Made by a program: the position numbers and the translations under genes. Below the pieces are notes generated by a model, which worked only from the letters and a program-made list of their open reading frames with translations, was not told the DNA's origin and ran no database searches. Positions 14,535 through 29,547 of a DNA stretch of 64,000 nt are shown here, in pieces. How positions within the stretch are numbered: position 1 is the stretch's first letter; every line of letters begins with the position of its first letter. The DNA is from Geosiphon pyriformis uo1. Lineage: Eukaryota > Fungi > Glomeromycota. Location: positions 436,173-500,172 of the forward strand of contig JAAOMT010000258.1 in assembly GCA_016748015.1 (NCBI GenBank), read 5' to 3'.

Positions 14535-15507
14535 CTGGTGGGATGACAGTTTCTGGTGATATTAGGCATTTTGTTTGCAAAATATTCAATGCAATTAGCC
14601 GTGTTTAATGGGAAGTCGGTCCTGAAACTAATTTTATAAATGGTGACATGATCAGAGATATAGATTGGGTGCGTACCTTCCTGGTTTGGCACCCAAATTC
14701 GCATATGGCTGCAGGGTACACAAGCAAGTCCTCAGCTGGCCTGCATTTATACATCATAAAAGCTGTTCACAAGAGGCTACCGGTTACTGTTAAGAAAAAT
14801 TTGTATGATAAATTATATCCCAGTGTTCTGTATTTTTATTGTGGAGAGGTAGTATTTCCTGATCATGTGTTTGTGTACAGTGTGAATACGGATGTTCATG
14901 AGTCTTTTTTAACTGTCCATACAGCTCGTTGGATTGCTTTGACTGGTGCGTACATCTCATCTTCTCTGGTACTTCAAACACTATGTTCTAGCAAAATGGA
15001 TGTTAGTTTGCACATGGCTCTGTGCAAGAGTTTTGTCCTAAGAGAATGGTTTTATGGAGCCTTTGCAGTTTTTGACTGGCCTAAGAATGTGGTTTCTAAG
15101 CTGGTCACTTTTGTGCACGATCTGGTAATTAAGCATTATAATAAGATTTGATTGTATAGGTCTAAATATAGGGCTAATATATATAAGTCTGGTTTGGTTT
15201 GTGATGACAGTTCACCACCTCTTGCAATTTGTGGTTTGCCAACTGCCTTATTGGATAGTGTAATCAGGCTTTTGGGTATAGCTGAAGCTTTTGGTATAAG
15301 TTTTGAAATACGCATGCATTGTTTATTTTATTCAGGTATTAGCGATAATATCACTGTTATGATAGGTTTGTAATGTTGTTTTGACCGTCCCAAATGGCTG
15401 GTCATGTGTAGAAAGTGTGTGAGTTGCATCTAGTTTGGAACACTTTGTTGTTGTATTGTACTAGGTAGCAATTGGGCCTCACTCATTAAAATAAAATTAA
15501 AAAAAAT
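14535..15507 (+). mobile_element. LINE 3' fragment (ORF2 C-terminal zinc-binding region, 3' tail, A-rich end)
   Basis: ORFs 14648-15151 and 15152-15373 form one frame broken by a stop. They contain a degenerate CCHC/zf-RVT-like motif (LYFYCGEVVFPDHVF) and are homologous to 53975-54530. Confidence 0.88.
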
Positions 15508-18500
15508 ATGTCTATTGTAAATTTATGTTTTTAAATTGCAAAAAAGTATAGTTATTACTAATCAAATAATTCAGATCTACTTTTTTTAAAATTATTTGTA
15601 TATTATTATTTTTGTTAACAAAAAATTATTTATGTTTTTTTATTATAATATGTATCTAAGCTTTTTATTAGCTGTGAATTTTTTCAATTTTTTGTTTTAT
15701 ATGTTTTTCATGTTATTTAACTTAATTTGTATGTTTTTTTAAAACAGTAGCAAAATTTGTAACTAAAATCTGCTATTCGACAAAATTTTTATAATTTTGA
15801 TTTTATTTATTAAGTATTATCTTAAATGTTTTAATTTTAACTTATTTAATTTTTTTATATTGTTTTACAATATAACCAAATAATAAATAGGCAAATAAAC
15901 AATTATATCTTATCAGATTATTATAATAACCAAAAAAAAAATTAATTTTAAAAAAATTAAAATACAAAATATGCTAATTAAAATTATCAAATTATAAATT
16001 AGCAAGATTGCCAAATAATTAATTACTTAATAATAAAAATAGCATTTTGAAGTTAATATGACTTCAAATTCAAAAGTAATATAATTAAAATATTTTGCCT
16101 TTTTGATAATATTTGTTGTATAACATTAAAATCGAATAATATATAAAAAAAATATTACAACTAGAATAATTAATAGTTTAAGAGCTTTAATACTTAAATA
16201 AAATACAATTTATCAAAATAAGTTTTTTGATCCAAATATAATTAATAAAAACCAAAATTAATTAAAGTTTATTACTTTATAAAACAATATTTTAAAATTT
16301 ATTAACTATTAATTCAATAATATTTGATATTAATTAAATTTTTTTCGATTTAAATTTTTTTTTCAAATATGTATATCTTAATAATTAATTTATAAAATTG
16401 AACATAATATTGTTACAATTAAATAAAAAAATCTAAATTAAACAACTTAGAAATAATTTAAAATTAAAATTTCAGATAATTTACTGTTAAATACTGTCTA
16501 AAAAAACAAAAATTGCAAAAAACAATCAAAACAAATGGAATAAAGATTCTTATTAACAATATTTGAAAATTAGAAACAAAATTAACTTTTTTAATTATTA
16601 ATAAACTGTGTAATTTTATAAAAATTAAATATATATGTTAATATTAAAAATTTATTATACAAATTCTATTTATTTTGAAGCTTCTACTTTATTTAATTCA
16701 AATATATTAATTGTGTAATTAAAATATGTTTTTTAATTAGCTTTCAATTATTATTTTTAAGAAAATCTGAATATTGATAAAATAGTTTATAACTGTTAAT
16801 AAAAGATAATACAGCTTGTATAATTTTATGTCTTAATCAGCATATTCAGAATCCAATAACAGATATTTTTTGTTTTTTTAATATTTATTTATTTAAGAAA
16901 ACTTTTATTAAAGCTAAAAATAATACAAAAAGAAAAAAACCGCTAATCAACCGCCAAATAAGTTTGACTTAATTTAGAATATTTAATTGTTACTTTTTGC
17001 CAAAATTTAAATAAGCTGTATTTTGATTAACTCAATTTTTCTAAATTAAAAACGTACATTTTCACAGTTTTACACAATATTTTTATTAAAATTTTTTAAT
17101 TATTACTTTTTAATATGTATGTGCATAAATTTTTACATAATCTTTATTATATTATTTTTTGTAATAATAATTACATCTAATTTAAATTAATATATAATTA
17201 TTCAAAATTAAATTTAATTAAATAATATAGTTGTATATTAATAGAGAGAATTTTTAAGACAATTTATTTGTATTTAAATTTGGGCAACAAAAGAAATATT
17301 TGGCAGATAATTATATCATTTGATAAATAAATATTGTTAAACATTATATTTTACAATAAACACTGATTTTAAAACACAATTAATAATATTTGATAGCTAA
17401 CAGTTATAAATTCTTTTTGAAGTAATATATTTTCTATCGTTGTTGTATATATATATTTTTGGGAAATTCATTTTAAAAATCAAAAACTTTTAAATGAAAA
17501 AATTCTGTGAAGCAAATTTTAGTCATACATTAATTTTATATCTTTAAAGTTTTAATTAAGGCGAATAAACTAGCCTTTATATTAAAATAAAATATATTAA
17601 ATCATTTATACAAAAACTAAAAACAATTTTTGAAACATTATTAATATTCACATAATTTAAAAACCAAGTTTTGGACTCAATTCAACATGTGTTTTATTTT
17701 TGGTTTAAAACTTAATCTTTCAATTTGTAATTTTGTTATTAAAATTTTTCATCAAAATTTGAAATACTTTTATATTGGAAGCTTCTTTTAAACAAAGATA
17801 ATTTTTTTCAGATTTGTTTCCATTCATCAGTTTCGCGATATGAAAAAATTAAGAATTGTTTAATTTGTTCAAAACCGAAGATTTTCAAAATATTTATTTC
17901 CTTAATTAAAACTCAAGATAGATAGAAATAGATTATAAATCTTGGCAATTGAGATTTTCATTTTGTTAACTTTAAAATACAAGCTCACTTCAATCAATAT
18001 GTAGTATCTTCCATGTGCTAAAAAAGAGCTTTTAAGTGACAAATTTTCTTGTGATAGACTTAAGAGTAAAATTCTGGTTTTGGAATGTATCTGTAATTTA
18101 AATTGTTTAATATTTGAATTTGAGTTATCAGCTTCAATTAAATTTTAGAAAATTGTTTCCCTTGAAGTTTTCAAAAAGAATTTTCTATCAGAGAGACGGA
18201 GGGAAAAATGATACGAAATGCTATTTGTTTCAGTCAATGTGTGTTATAGTAAGATCGAATATTCCAATTCTAAAGTTTAAGTTTCTACCTCGTATACAAA
18301 AAACCGATTTCGCTAAACGGGATGACATTTAAATATCCTGACGGGGTTTTGGCAAGCTACATTGTCTAATCCTGGAACTTTTTGAATTACAAATTTCACT
18401 TGATCTACATAAACAGCCTATATTTATTAATAAAAACATCCGGAATTTTTATCAAGAAATCTTATTCTATTTGCTTTCCTAATTAATAATTTGTAAGTGA

Positions 18501-21500
18501 AACGGAAAATTTTGATTGGAAAGAGTAACTTAAATTTTTATCAGCGTCTTTATCATTTTCCTCAATGGGTCAGAGCAATTGGATGATCGACCCGGTTTAT
18601 TATATAATATTTCTCATCGGGAGTAAATATATTTGTTTGAAAGTTTTCCTTTTTTAAATCTAGCGTCAAAAACCGTTTTTTCTTTCAGCCATTACCAATT
18701 CAAGATTTTTCAGTTGCAAAAATCACATTCTCATAGTTTCTTCTTTCGAGTATCGATAAATAAATTGCAGGTTAACCTGATTAAAAAGATTTCAAAATTT
18801 TTAATAAGGGATTCAAATCACTACATTCTCCTATACAAATTCTGAAAGTTGCTTCTCTAGTGATATGAAAAAGAATAACAACAGTCACACTAATCTAAAA
18901 TTGACAAGTATCTTCGCTGAATCTGGATGATCTATTATTACATAATAAATGTATTACCACAAATCTTAACATCTTTGGTGTATCTTAGATTAAGTTGCAG
19001 CTCATCAGAAAAAAAAATGAATTTCATGATGGACAACGTTTCTTTTTTATTAAATAATGGCATATTTACGGACAATATTTGATAAGTCTCCAACCTAGTC
19101 GAGTTTCAACAGTATTTAAAAATTAGTTTAAGATGAGGGACCAACTGTTTTAACAATAAGCGTTTATTAGCCAAGTAACTTTTCAAAACATGTGATATTT
19201 TAGATTATTTTATTTTATAATTAGCTAAAGACTTTATGCAATTATTATGGTAGAAAACCTTAATATTTCATAATAAAACTTCAACAAATATATATTGGGC
19301 TTAATCATTTGCAAAATTTACTAGACATAAAAAGAAGTCCACAAAATAATTAAAAATATATATATATAGCTAAAGTTATTTAAATAACAGAAATAATTTA
19401 AATTAAGTATAATATTAAGTTTATTCATAAAAATAAAATAATAGATTTTATTTGTTAACTTGAAATTTTTTTAAATTTACTACAAATGTTTGCAAGCTAA
19501 ATTTTGTTAATAAAAATATTTAATATATGCAATATACAATTTTTTTTGATCATAATTACAAATTAATCTAAAATATTAGATTAAATAAAAATAAATACAA
19601 ATTTTAACATCATTAATTTAATTATAGATTCAATTATTAACTGATGGATGACTTATTGTCGATTCAATTATTAACGTATTTTATTAAAAATATAGGTAAT
19701 GTTGTAAAAAAAATTTTTTGTTTTTTATGTATTTCTTTTAATAATATTATATTAATTAACTAATAATAAAATTAACTAAAAAGTTATTAAATGTTCTTTT
19801 GATAATTTATTTAAAAAAATAAAATTAATAAATAATTTAATTCAAAGATTTATTATATTTTGTTATTTAAATTCTATAATCTTTTTGACTCAATTTTCTT
19901 AAGACTGGTATTTTATTAATTAATTCAAATTATTTTTATGACTTAATACAATTATTCTCATTTTATAATTAAATTGTTTGTATTTATTCTGAACATGGAA
20001 TTATTAGAAATATTTTCTATTCATTTACATTAATAAATGAGATATATATAACGAAGAATATTTTAATTAAAAAAATTTTTTTTAAAAAATCTTTATTGTA
20101 AAATTAATACTTATGTATCATTTATACAAGAATTGTCTAATTATTCTCTTTTAAAATAAATAAATCTGTGGTAAATTTTTCTTATTTGAATTTAGTTTTT
20201 TTTGTTCTATAAAAAAATATTTCAAATTATTAGCTATAACACTAATGCTTGTTTGTTTTTCAAATTTTTTAGAAAGTAGAATTTTAAATTTTTATCTTCA
20301 TATTTTAATTGTTTTGCCAATAGAGTTTCAACAATTTCAATCATTTTTAATAAATATTAATATCATATTCATTTTTCTAAAATTTTGTATTTGTTACATA
20401 ATTAATTATACATATTTTATTGAAATTTTTTTTGAATTTTACATTGTATTTTATGTCAAATATTTTGTTGTGTTATTTATTGTACATATCTTGACCAATT
20501 TTCTTTTTGAATCTTTAATTTTTATTAATTAAATTTTAAGAATTAAAAATGTCATCTTTTGGATTATAATGACTTGGTACATTGTCAATTAAAAATAATA
20601 TTTGAGAATTTTCAAGACAAATTTTATGGTAAAAACTTTTTCATTATTTTCCAAATATTTTATTTTGCATCTATGCTTTTGAATTAACAAAATATATAAA
20701 CTGTGAAAAATATTTTGAATTTTTATTATTTAAATATAATTAAATTTTTTAAGCAGCATTAACAATAGTGTTTTTTAAATTATTATTAATTTTAGTAAAT
20801 AATTTTTTGTTGAAAATTGATTAGAAAAGTGAAAATAAAATGTATCTTATTTCATATAATCAAATTTTACATTCTAAATTTTTATAAATTATTGAATAGA
20901 TTATTTGGATATTTGAAAAAATTATTCTAGATTTTACTGAAAACGTATTATATATGTAAGTTAACAAAATCTTTATGTTACCAAATAAAGGCTTTTAATA
21001 TGACCTATGATTTTTTAGGTGAATTTAATTTTCTTTGATTTTTCTGTGTACTAGATTTTTGCCAAATTGAAGAATAATTCAGATTTAAGAAAATTAATAA
21101 TGAAACCCAAAAATTTTACATTTAATACCAATCAGCGCCTTTTTTTTAATTTATATTATTTTGTATAAAATATGAAAAATTACAATATCAATTAGAAATA
21201 AATCTTTTTCATAAAATGTAGAAATTTAGAATGTCATATAATTTTTAGCCAGATGTTACTTTTTAATTTTAAAAGAATAGTTAACATCTTATTCATGTTA
21301 ATTAATTTTGGAATTGAGGAAAATGAACGCTGAGATAAATTTAATTTTTAATAAATAAAAAGTTTTATTAAAGAATTATTTCATAATATTTTTGAACAAC
21401 TTTTAATGGTGAAAAGTGAGTTAAAGATTTTGATACAACGAAATAAAATGGTTATTTAAAAGGAAAATATTTGAATGTTTTATAAATAATATAAAAATTA

Positions 21501-24500
21501 TTTATAGTGTAATAGAAAAAAATCTTTTTTATTAATGAATGTCAGTTTTAAATTAAAAAAAGTATATAATAAAACATGACTTAATTATTTGTAAATGAGA
21601 AAAAATTGATGGTTTAAAACTCATAGTATCATAAAATATAATATATAATTTTGAGTAATAAATTATTGTTAAAGCTGAACTTTTTATTGAATATTATAAA
21701 AATAAAATCAATCCAATTTATTTTGAATTTACATATTTTTGTTACTGAACTACATGCTCATTTAAGCTTTTAAAAAACTATTGTAAACAACATAAGTTCA
21801 AAATTTTCGATTTATTTTGAAAGCAAACTTTTAAATGAAAAGAAGCTCTCAAATCTTTTGAGATTTGCAATTTTATATATATATAAGAAAAGTGGTGGTA
21901 TACTGTTTTAAAAAAAGAGTCCACAAAATCTTTCTTTTGTAATCAAATGGTTGTTAGGTTAAAAAATTAAATATATTAAAAAAAATCAAGCCATTTTATT
22001 TTTCTCCAATTTATTATAGAAATAATGACTTTTGAGATTTCTTGGTTCCCCTTGATTATTTTTGTCTGATTAAAAGATTTTGAAATGCAATATTTTACAA
22101 TTCGGGTGATTTTTCAGTTTGCTGAAAATTTTACACTCTTGAATTCAAAAGTTATTGTAGCTCACTTTTTGAAAGTGCAATGGAAATGAGATAGTCACAC
22201 CCAAACGATAAAAACTTTTATTTTGATTATTTGATAAGATTGTAAATTTATCAAGTCCCTTAAAATTTTGATGAAAAAACCTGTTACAACATCAATGTAA
22301 TTTCTGCAAAAAAACCCACAAACATTTATTGCTTCTTGTACAAGCCACGAACGAATCTTTTTATGTTTCTTTTCTGATATATGTTATAGTGACACGAGAA
22401 TGATTTGTGCCAAAACTTTCAATAATTTCAAAAAAGAGCGATTTTCATGTGAAAAAAGCTTTAATGTTATGTATTTTTAAAAAAGTGTTATATTTATCGT
22501 ACTACAAAAACCAGAGTCTTGGTATAAGAGATTATTTGAGAAAATTCTTTTTTTGTTGAAACAAAAATTTTCTTTATCTTCATATCTTTGAGAAGCTTAT
22601 TTAATAGATATATGAGAATTTTTGATTGGAATGGAAAAATATCAATTCTATAGTCAATATGACACAACATCTTATTATAAACAAGTTATTTTTTCCAAAG
22701 CAGCAAGCATCGCTGATCCTTTGTACATCTAAACTATAAATTTCCATTTCTGGAAAAAACGGGTAGTCTGTTTTAATTTATTTAGGGAAAACAACAGGTA
22801 TTGTATTATTAATTTTTTTTTACTGTGGCTGCTAACAGTTCTGGATTCCCAAAAATCTTTGAAACTCCTTAATAATTTCTTGGCTGAAACAAGTTTTTGC
22901 TCGTTAGCAACATTGGAAAAGTAAAATTTTTTAAATTTGAATTACCAAGTATTATCAGTAGTTACTTTAACTTGTAAGTCATTTGTTAAGTTTAATTTCG
23001 TAGGGATTCATTGGTGTGCGTGATTAATTAGGGGATGCTATTTATTTATTTATGCCTAATTTATTTTTTCAAGGGACCAAGAAATGAGTACGTACAAAGT
23101 TGAATACTGTGGACATTTAAAGTTTTCATAGAAACCACTGTTATGATACCTTGTATTATTTGATTGAGATTTCTTTAGTTCTTGAGAATAGTAATAAGCT
23201 TTTTCCAATTTAACGTACGGTGCCTGAAATGGCTTGCCATTTTCCCAAAATATTTTATCAATTTTCTTTTTAACTATTAATTGGAAGTAGTTCTTTGTCT
23301 GACCTCATTAACGTAAAATAGTTTCACTAAAAAATTAGGTTTCATAACAAGAACTAGATTTTTATCAAAGAGTAACACTAACTAAAATTGTTTCATTTTC
23401 TGGAACCAATTGGTTTTTTCAGAAAAAAATTTGAATTTTTCTGAACTTTAAAGATATCAAAAATGATTTCAGGCATACAACAAGTCTCTCAAAGTTTTAT
23501 TTTTTGCTCCACAAGAATTAGAAAATCGAACTTGGTTTATCCTATCGGAAAAATGACTTGTAATATCTGGAAATGAGTTTCACTGACTTAAAAAAAAAAT
23601 AAAAATAAAAATAAAAATAAAAGAAAAATTTAATTTCAAATAGATTTACATAGGGATTCTTTTGGAGTTTTTAAAGTATCTAAACCGAAACTCTTTTTTT
23701 TAATTGCGAAAAAGCTGGGATGATCATATGGTCAAGTTATTGTCATCAAACGTTATATGAAAATCTTGATGAAATTTTTTAATATTTTAAGGAATAAAAC
23801 TCTAAATTTGTGAAAGTTCAAAATAAATATGGTATATTTTATTCATTGTTTCAAACAATACATTTCTACTTCATTTTATATTGAGAATTAATAAAGATAA
23901 AAAGTGTAACATATTCTTTTCGTATATGAGTTAATAATTTTTTATTAATTTCAATTTAGATTTAATGAATGACTGGTTTATAATTCATGAAAACTTTTTT
24001 GTAGAAATTTTTTGACATATCAATTTTAAGTTTGTTTTCTTTTTTAATATTTCTTAATTAAAACAAAAAAATATTTCTCTCTTCTATTATCTTTCAATAT
24101 ATTCTAATTAATTGGAAAAACTTTTTTACTTAAAAATTTTGGTTTTTCAATTTTCATTAAAATGTTGTCTTGTACAATTTATCAAAACTTTTAATAAATT
24201 ATAATATGAAATTTTTTTTTGAAATATTTAAATCAATTAATTGACCTGTAATACAACAATATTATGTAGAACAGATTAGATTTTTGTTCAAGAGAACAGT
24301 ATTTTTCTAATTATATAATCTAATATTTTTTGAAGTAATTTGTAAATTATCATTGAATTTTACACTCCTTCCTAATCATGATCTACTGTGATATTGTCAT
24401 GAAGCTTTTATGATTGGTATATGTTTCGAAGAATCGTTCAATGATAAAGAAATTCAAAAATCATTTAAAGGTTCTGTTAGGTCACCATTTATTTTAAAAT

Positions 24501-24756
24501 TAAATAACATTAGCATTATATAATTTTATTTGAGTTCATCTACAAAAAAAATTTTTATACGTATTAGCGGGAGAATAAATTTTATTACATATTTGAATAA
24601 GAACTTTTGATGGTGACTATTTACAAGAATATGATGTGAAAATTCATTTTCAAGATGAACCCATCAAAAGGTTACAAATTTCATGATCTTCATCAAGAGA
24701 TTTAAGATTAGAGATTTTTGTTGCTTTCATTGCTTTGACGAGTAGAACCTGCGCTG

Positions 24757-26286
24757 TCATTTCTTTGACGCGTAGAATCTGCAGTCGTATAGTTTGGAAT
24801 TTTAATTTAGAAAAAAAATTAAAAAATTACACAGAAAATTAAAGAACGAGTATGAATTTACCTGTTAATTTTTATACAAGTTGAGTATTCTTTAATTTCA
24901 GTCGTGAATATAATTGAAACTAATTGATCGTATAAATCTGTAGTAAGATTCAATAAAGGTGCCAGATATGGGCCCATGGAATGCCATAATTCACGCTCAT
25001 TGTCAGCGACCTATATCAGAAGTTTAAACTCATTAATTTTATTATAAAAATTTTGACAAGATCCAATCTAATCATATAATTTCACTTACAATTTTACCGA
25101 GTTTATTTGCGGTTTTTCCTATTGGTACACTCCTGGATTCTTTGTGAATACCTTTCAATTTACCAGTTTCTTCTAATTGATTAATTGCTTGCCTAAATAT
25201 GCAATTAAAGCCTTTTTCTTGCAAGAATTTCGAGACTGTGAGATGGAATGAAAATGATTAATAAATTGAAATATTTAGGTCAAAAAACCTTCGAGAAATA
25301 ATACTAACGTGCACTTGTCAGAGCATCCAATAATGGACCAGGGTTCTTGTATTCAATTTCAGTTTCAACTAATTCAATAAATCCTCCTGATTTTGTTATT
25401 CTTAAAAGTTCTGGGATCATATGATTTATGAATTGATTTTCTGTTAAAGTACGTAAAATGGAACGCTGATGTACGAGATCAAAATGATTTTTTTGAAATC
25501 TGGAAAATCAAAGAAAATGAAGTGAGCTAACAATTTCATTCAGTTTTACTAGCAAAAAGTGGTAATCAATATACTTACGGTAAGCGTTCTAAAAAATTTA
25601 CATTAATAAATGTCGCATTGTAAGGTTTAATTTCGTGAGGTTGACAAGGAGCAATGTCGAGCCCAATAAAGTTGGATCCAACATAAGTACTAGCCATTTC
25701 AAGTATCCATGCACCGGAACCACATCTAAGACCGAAAGACTTCTTAATAAAAAATTTCTAGGATAATAGATAGATAAAAAAATAAAATAAAAAAGATCTC
25801 CTACCCAATATCCAAAACACGGGCTTCATTTTTGGCGAGTTCCAAGTGGATTGGAGCCATGAAATTTGTTCCCCAAAGTTCTTTCCATAAAAAGTGTTCA
25901 ATATTTTGTCGGTCATTTTCTTGATCATCACAGGGCTGAGTTTTCAAGAAAAGGAAATTCTATGATTTCTATCGATAGTAAACATGATCTTTGTAGTTCT
26001 TAAAGTAGTTTTGACTTACCAGATAATAATTCATATTTAAATCATCAAAATACTTTCTTCCATGAAGATCATAAAATGTACTAGATCCAGAAAGGCATAT
26101 CTCACCACGTGGTCGCATATATGACTTTCTAATCGGGCAAAACGTGGGACAATAGTGATGGGTAATGTCGTCATTCTTATCTAAGAGGAGAGGCGATTCG
26201 TTGATGGGAGACTGAATTGATAAAGTTGAAGGGGACTTTTTAACTTTATTGTTGAATTTCTCGGTGGTTGAAAGACAAATCCCCAT
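24757..26286 (-). CDS. Class I SAM-dependent methyltransferase (LaeA-like/Methyltransf_25-type), 7 exons, paralogue A
   Basis: Exons 26020-26286, 25805-25935, 25579-25725, 25309-25499, 25090-25235, 24862-25010, 24757-24778, all GT-AG and in frame. Motifs YYLPCDDQENDRQ, VLDIGCGSGAW, FIGLDI, FDLVHQR, ELLRITKSGGFIELVE. Confidence 0.93.
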
Positions 26287-28009
26287 TTGGACAAATGAAT
26301 TTTATGGATGGCTTTGAATCAAAAGTGAATGAAGGAAATTTTTTTTATAAATGATTGTGAATGTAATTAAATTGGGATTCAAGCCTTTTTTTGATTTATT
26401 AATTTGATAATCCCCAAAACCTAAAAAAAACCTCAGGCTTTTTATTTTTCAAAAATCTCGGCAAAAGAAATACCATAACCCCGACTTTTTCAATTCTTTA
26501 AATCCAAATATGGTGAGTTCTCACATTGTTGTTCCAGTATTTTGGTTCCGACTGAACTTTATTTTCTTGTGCTAAAAAAAAAAGTTTTTAATCAATTTAT
26601 AAAAGATTATTGAAACGAAAAAACAAATTCAACTCAAATAGGTGCAATGGATGGTTAGCAATGATATGTTAAACTTTAACGCTAGAAATAAATTTGTGGA
26701 AATTATATGTGATGAACTAAATTCATATTCATGTCTAAATGAAAAAAGTTTTGACCAATTCATGCGGTGGAGCACTGGCCATTGCGTTAAGTAAGCTGAA
26801 ATAAGGTGATAAAGTACAAAGGTATCTTTAAATTTAAATCTTTATAGTTTATATCTTTTGATGTTAAACTTTTAGATAGTTTTTTTTTTTAAGGATATTT
26901 AATTTCCCATTTTTATGGCTGTGATATCTTATCATTCATCTAATCGGTAGATTTTTTCAATGACAATAAACTTTTCTCTTTTTAGTAGTCAAACTTCAGA
27001 GAGTTAAAGAACACACAAATTTACATGAAATAATTCTTAAACCTTATTCGACAATCATACAAATCTGCTCAAATTGATAATGAAATTTCCAAAAAAAATA
27101 GAACAAGAACAATTACGTTTAAATATCATCAGATGAACGAACCAAATAATTTTCCCTTGTTTTCTTGTCTTATTTTTGAAATTTTCCTGTTGTGTTTGGT
27201 TAGATGAACTTTAAAAGTGAATGAGCTCATTTGATGAGAGTATTTGTTGTTCTGTGGGAAATCTCGGTGCTCATGTTTTGACTTCATTAAATTTTGTAGA
27301 CAATGCCGCACAGACCAAATAAGATTGAAAACAAAAAAGCAATCAAAATATACACATCATCATTATCATTGAAAAATAAACGCTCATTACATAAACAACA
27401 TAATATTCTCACCTTCTAAACAGAAGTAATACTTTTGGTTTAAGTCCTTACCGAGGTGTCGAGACCAATTTGACAGAATGGTAGCACATGAAAAATGAAT
27501 AATTTATACTTTGTTGGACATTAATTTATGAAAATATTCAATAATCGCATGATTATCAACAAAACAGATGTAGGGGCGCATCACCTTTTCATGTAATTGA
27601 AATCTTATTTTGGTTTTTACTTTAAAATCCTGGAAACCTATATATCACTAATGGATATTTTTCCGTTTCTTCTCATTTTGGCAAAAAACCAGAATCAGGT
27701 TGCCCCGTTTATTCAAGTTCTTTTGGGCTTGGTCCTCAAAATGAGTCGATGCAAGTTCGAAAAAATTTAACAATTGAAAAATAACGAAACTTCAAATATT
27801 CCCCAGCATTGATCATTCATGAATTAATTCCTAATTTGAGGGAAAATATCTTCTTGAAAAAGATCCTCAGTTTTCAATTGATCGAATATACATCTCGCAT
27901 AACAAATTTGGCCCAACCCGAAAAATCATTTAAGACACCAGACAAAAACGAAATGCTTGAAATTGGATTAACCAACATTATATTTACTATTCTCTTTCAT
28001 TCTTTGACA

Positions 28010-29547
28010 ATGGGCAATCGTGCATCCAAAATCAATGGAACAAAAGGCAAACGCTTGAACAAATTTGGTCTCGTCAATAAACGTAAACGTGACGACGACG
28101 TAGAAAGTTGCCTAACTACCGTCACTTCTGATTCTCACCTATTTGATGAAAATTTCAGCAGTGTTAGTACCGTTGCAGAGTCATTCCATGAATTTGATGG
28201 AAGGACATATCACGATTGCCCCAATGTTCTTTATCATTTGGTAGGTTAAGAGAAGTTTACTTTCAGATTTCAATTTTTTTTTTTTTAATGAATTTAATCA
28301 CAATTTGCTTCCCATTTCTCAATTTGTAGCCTTGTGACCTTGAAGAAATGGATCGGCTTGCAGCTGAGCATTTTCTTTGGAAAAATCTTTGGGGCGACAA
28401 TTTTTCGGCCCCAATAGAACTACTATTATCACAAAAGCGTTCCAAAGTTTTGGATATCGGGTAAAACATTCGAAAATTTAAAATTTTTCTTTGGCTTCTT
28501 GAAAGCATTCCATTAAACTTTTAGTTTTATTTACTAGTTGTGGACCCGGAACTTGGATTTTGGAAATGTCATGCACTTATCCGATTGCTTCATTTACCGG
28601 AATTGATTTGTGTGCGTTACAACCAATATCTATCAAGCCACAAAACGCCAATTTTGTCAACTCGAACATTTTAAATGGACTGCCGTATGTATAACAGAGA
28701 GAGATTTCCAAAAAATCTTCATCTTAGCTGTGACGTTAGACTTAAAAGGAGCTTTAATAAAATCTATGTAGTTTTGAAGCACAATATTTCGATTATCTTC
28801 ATCAACGTTTCATGCTAAGAACCATGTCAGAAAAACAACTTTTACAAGAAGTCATACCTGAACTTCTTCGAGTCACTCGTTTTCAAGGGGTTCTCGAGTT
28901 TGTAGATTCTGATGTGCACTACGTAGACGCTGGGCCGCTGCTTCGAAAGATGACAAGTGAATGTAACGTATTTACTTGTAATTGAAAATTGAAAATTGAA
29001 AATGAGCATAATTTCTTTACTGATCTGAAATTCCTCTCTTCCAAAAGATATCAAATATTTGAAATCCAAAGATATTAATTGCACATTCAATCGGCTTATC
29101 TGTTTTTTGTTAAAGACTGAAGCAGTCAATGACACACATTATGAACAAAAATTATTTCCTATGGCGACAGATTCTAATAAACTGAGTGAATTGGTAGGAT
29201 AATAATGACATATTTTGGATTATACGTTATTCAATATTTTATCTTAATAATTCATTCATATGAAATGACTTTAGGTGGCAGAAAACGAGCATCAAATTTG
29301 GCTTGCATTACGACCCATCCTTGCACCTCAGATGAACATAACAAATACAGGTTACGAACAACTTTTAGAATTTATCTTCAAATACGAAATCTATGAATAT
29401 AAAACCCACATTCGAATGCATAGGTAAATTTAATTCCATTCCAATTGGTTGCGAAATTTTTATTTAAAATCCTTCTAATTCTTAGACGAATCAAAATTGC
29501 AAACCATTTTTAGATTTTATGCGACTCGTGTCAGAAAAATTGATTGA
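28010..29547 (+). CDS. Class I SAM-dependent methyltransferase, 7 exons, paralogue B
   Basis: Exons 28010-28240, 28330-28460, 28538-28684, 28772-28962, 29048-29193, 29275-29423, 29514-29547. Motifs YHLPCDLEEMDRL, VLDIGCGPGTW, FTGIDL, FDYLHQRF, ELLRVTRFQGVLEFVD. Confidence 0.93.

Noticed and set aside
27809-28009. N-terminal extension of methyltransferase B in the ORF track
   Set aside because: It starts at TTG; ATG 28010 (MGNRAS) parallels paralogue A's MGICLS start.
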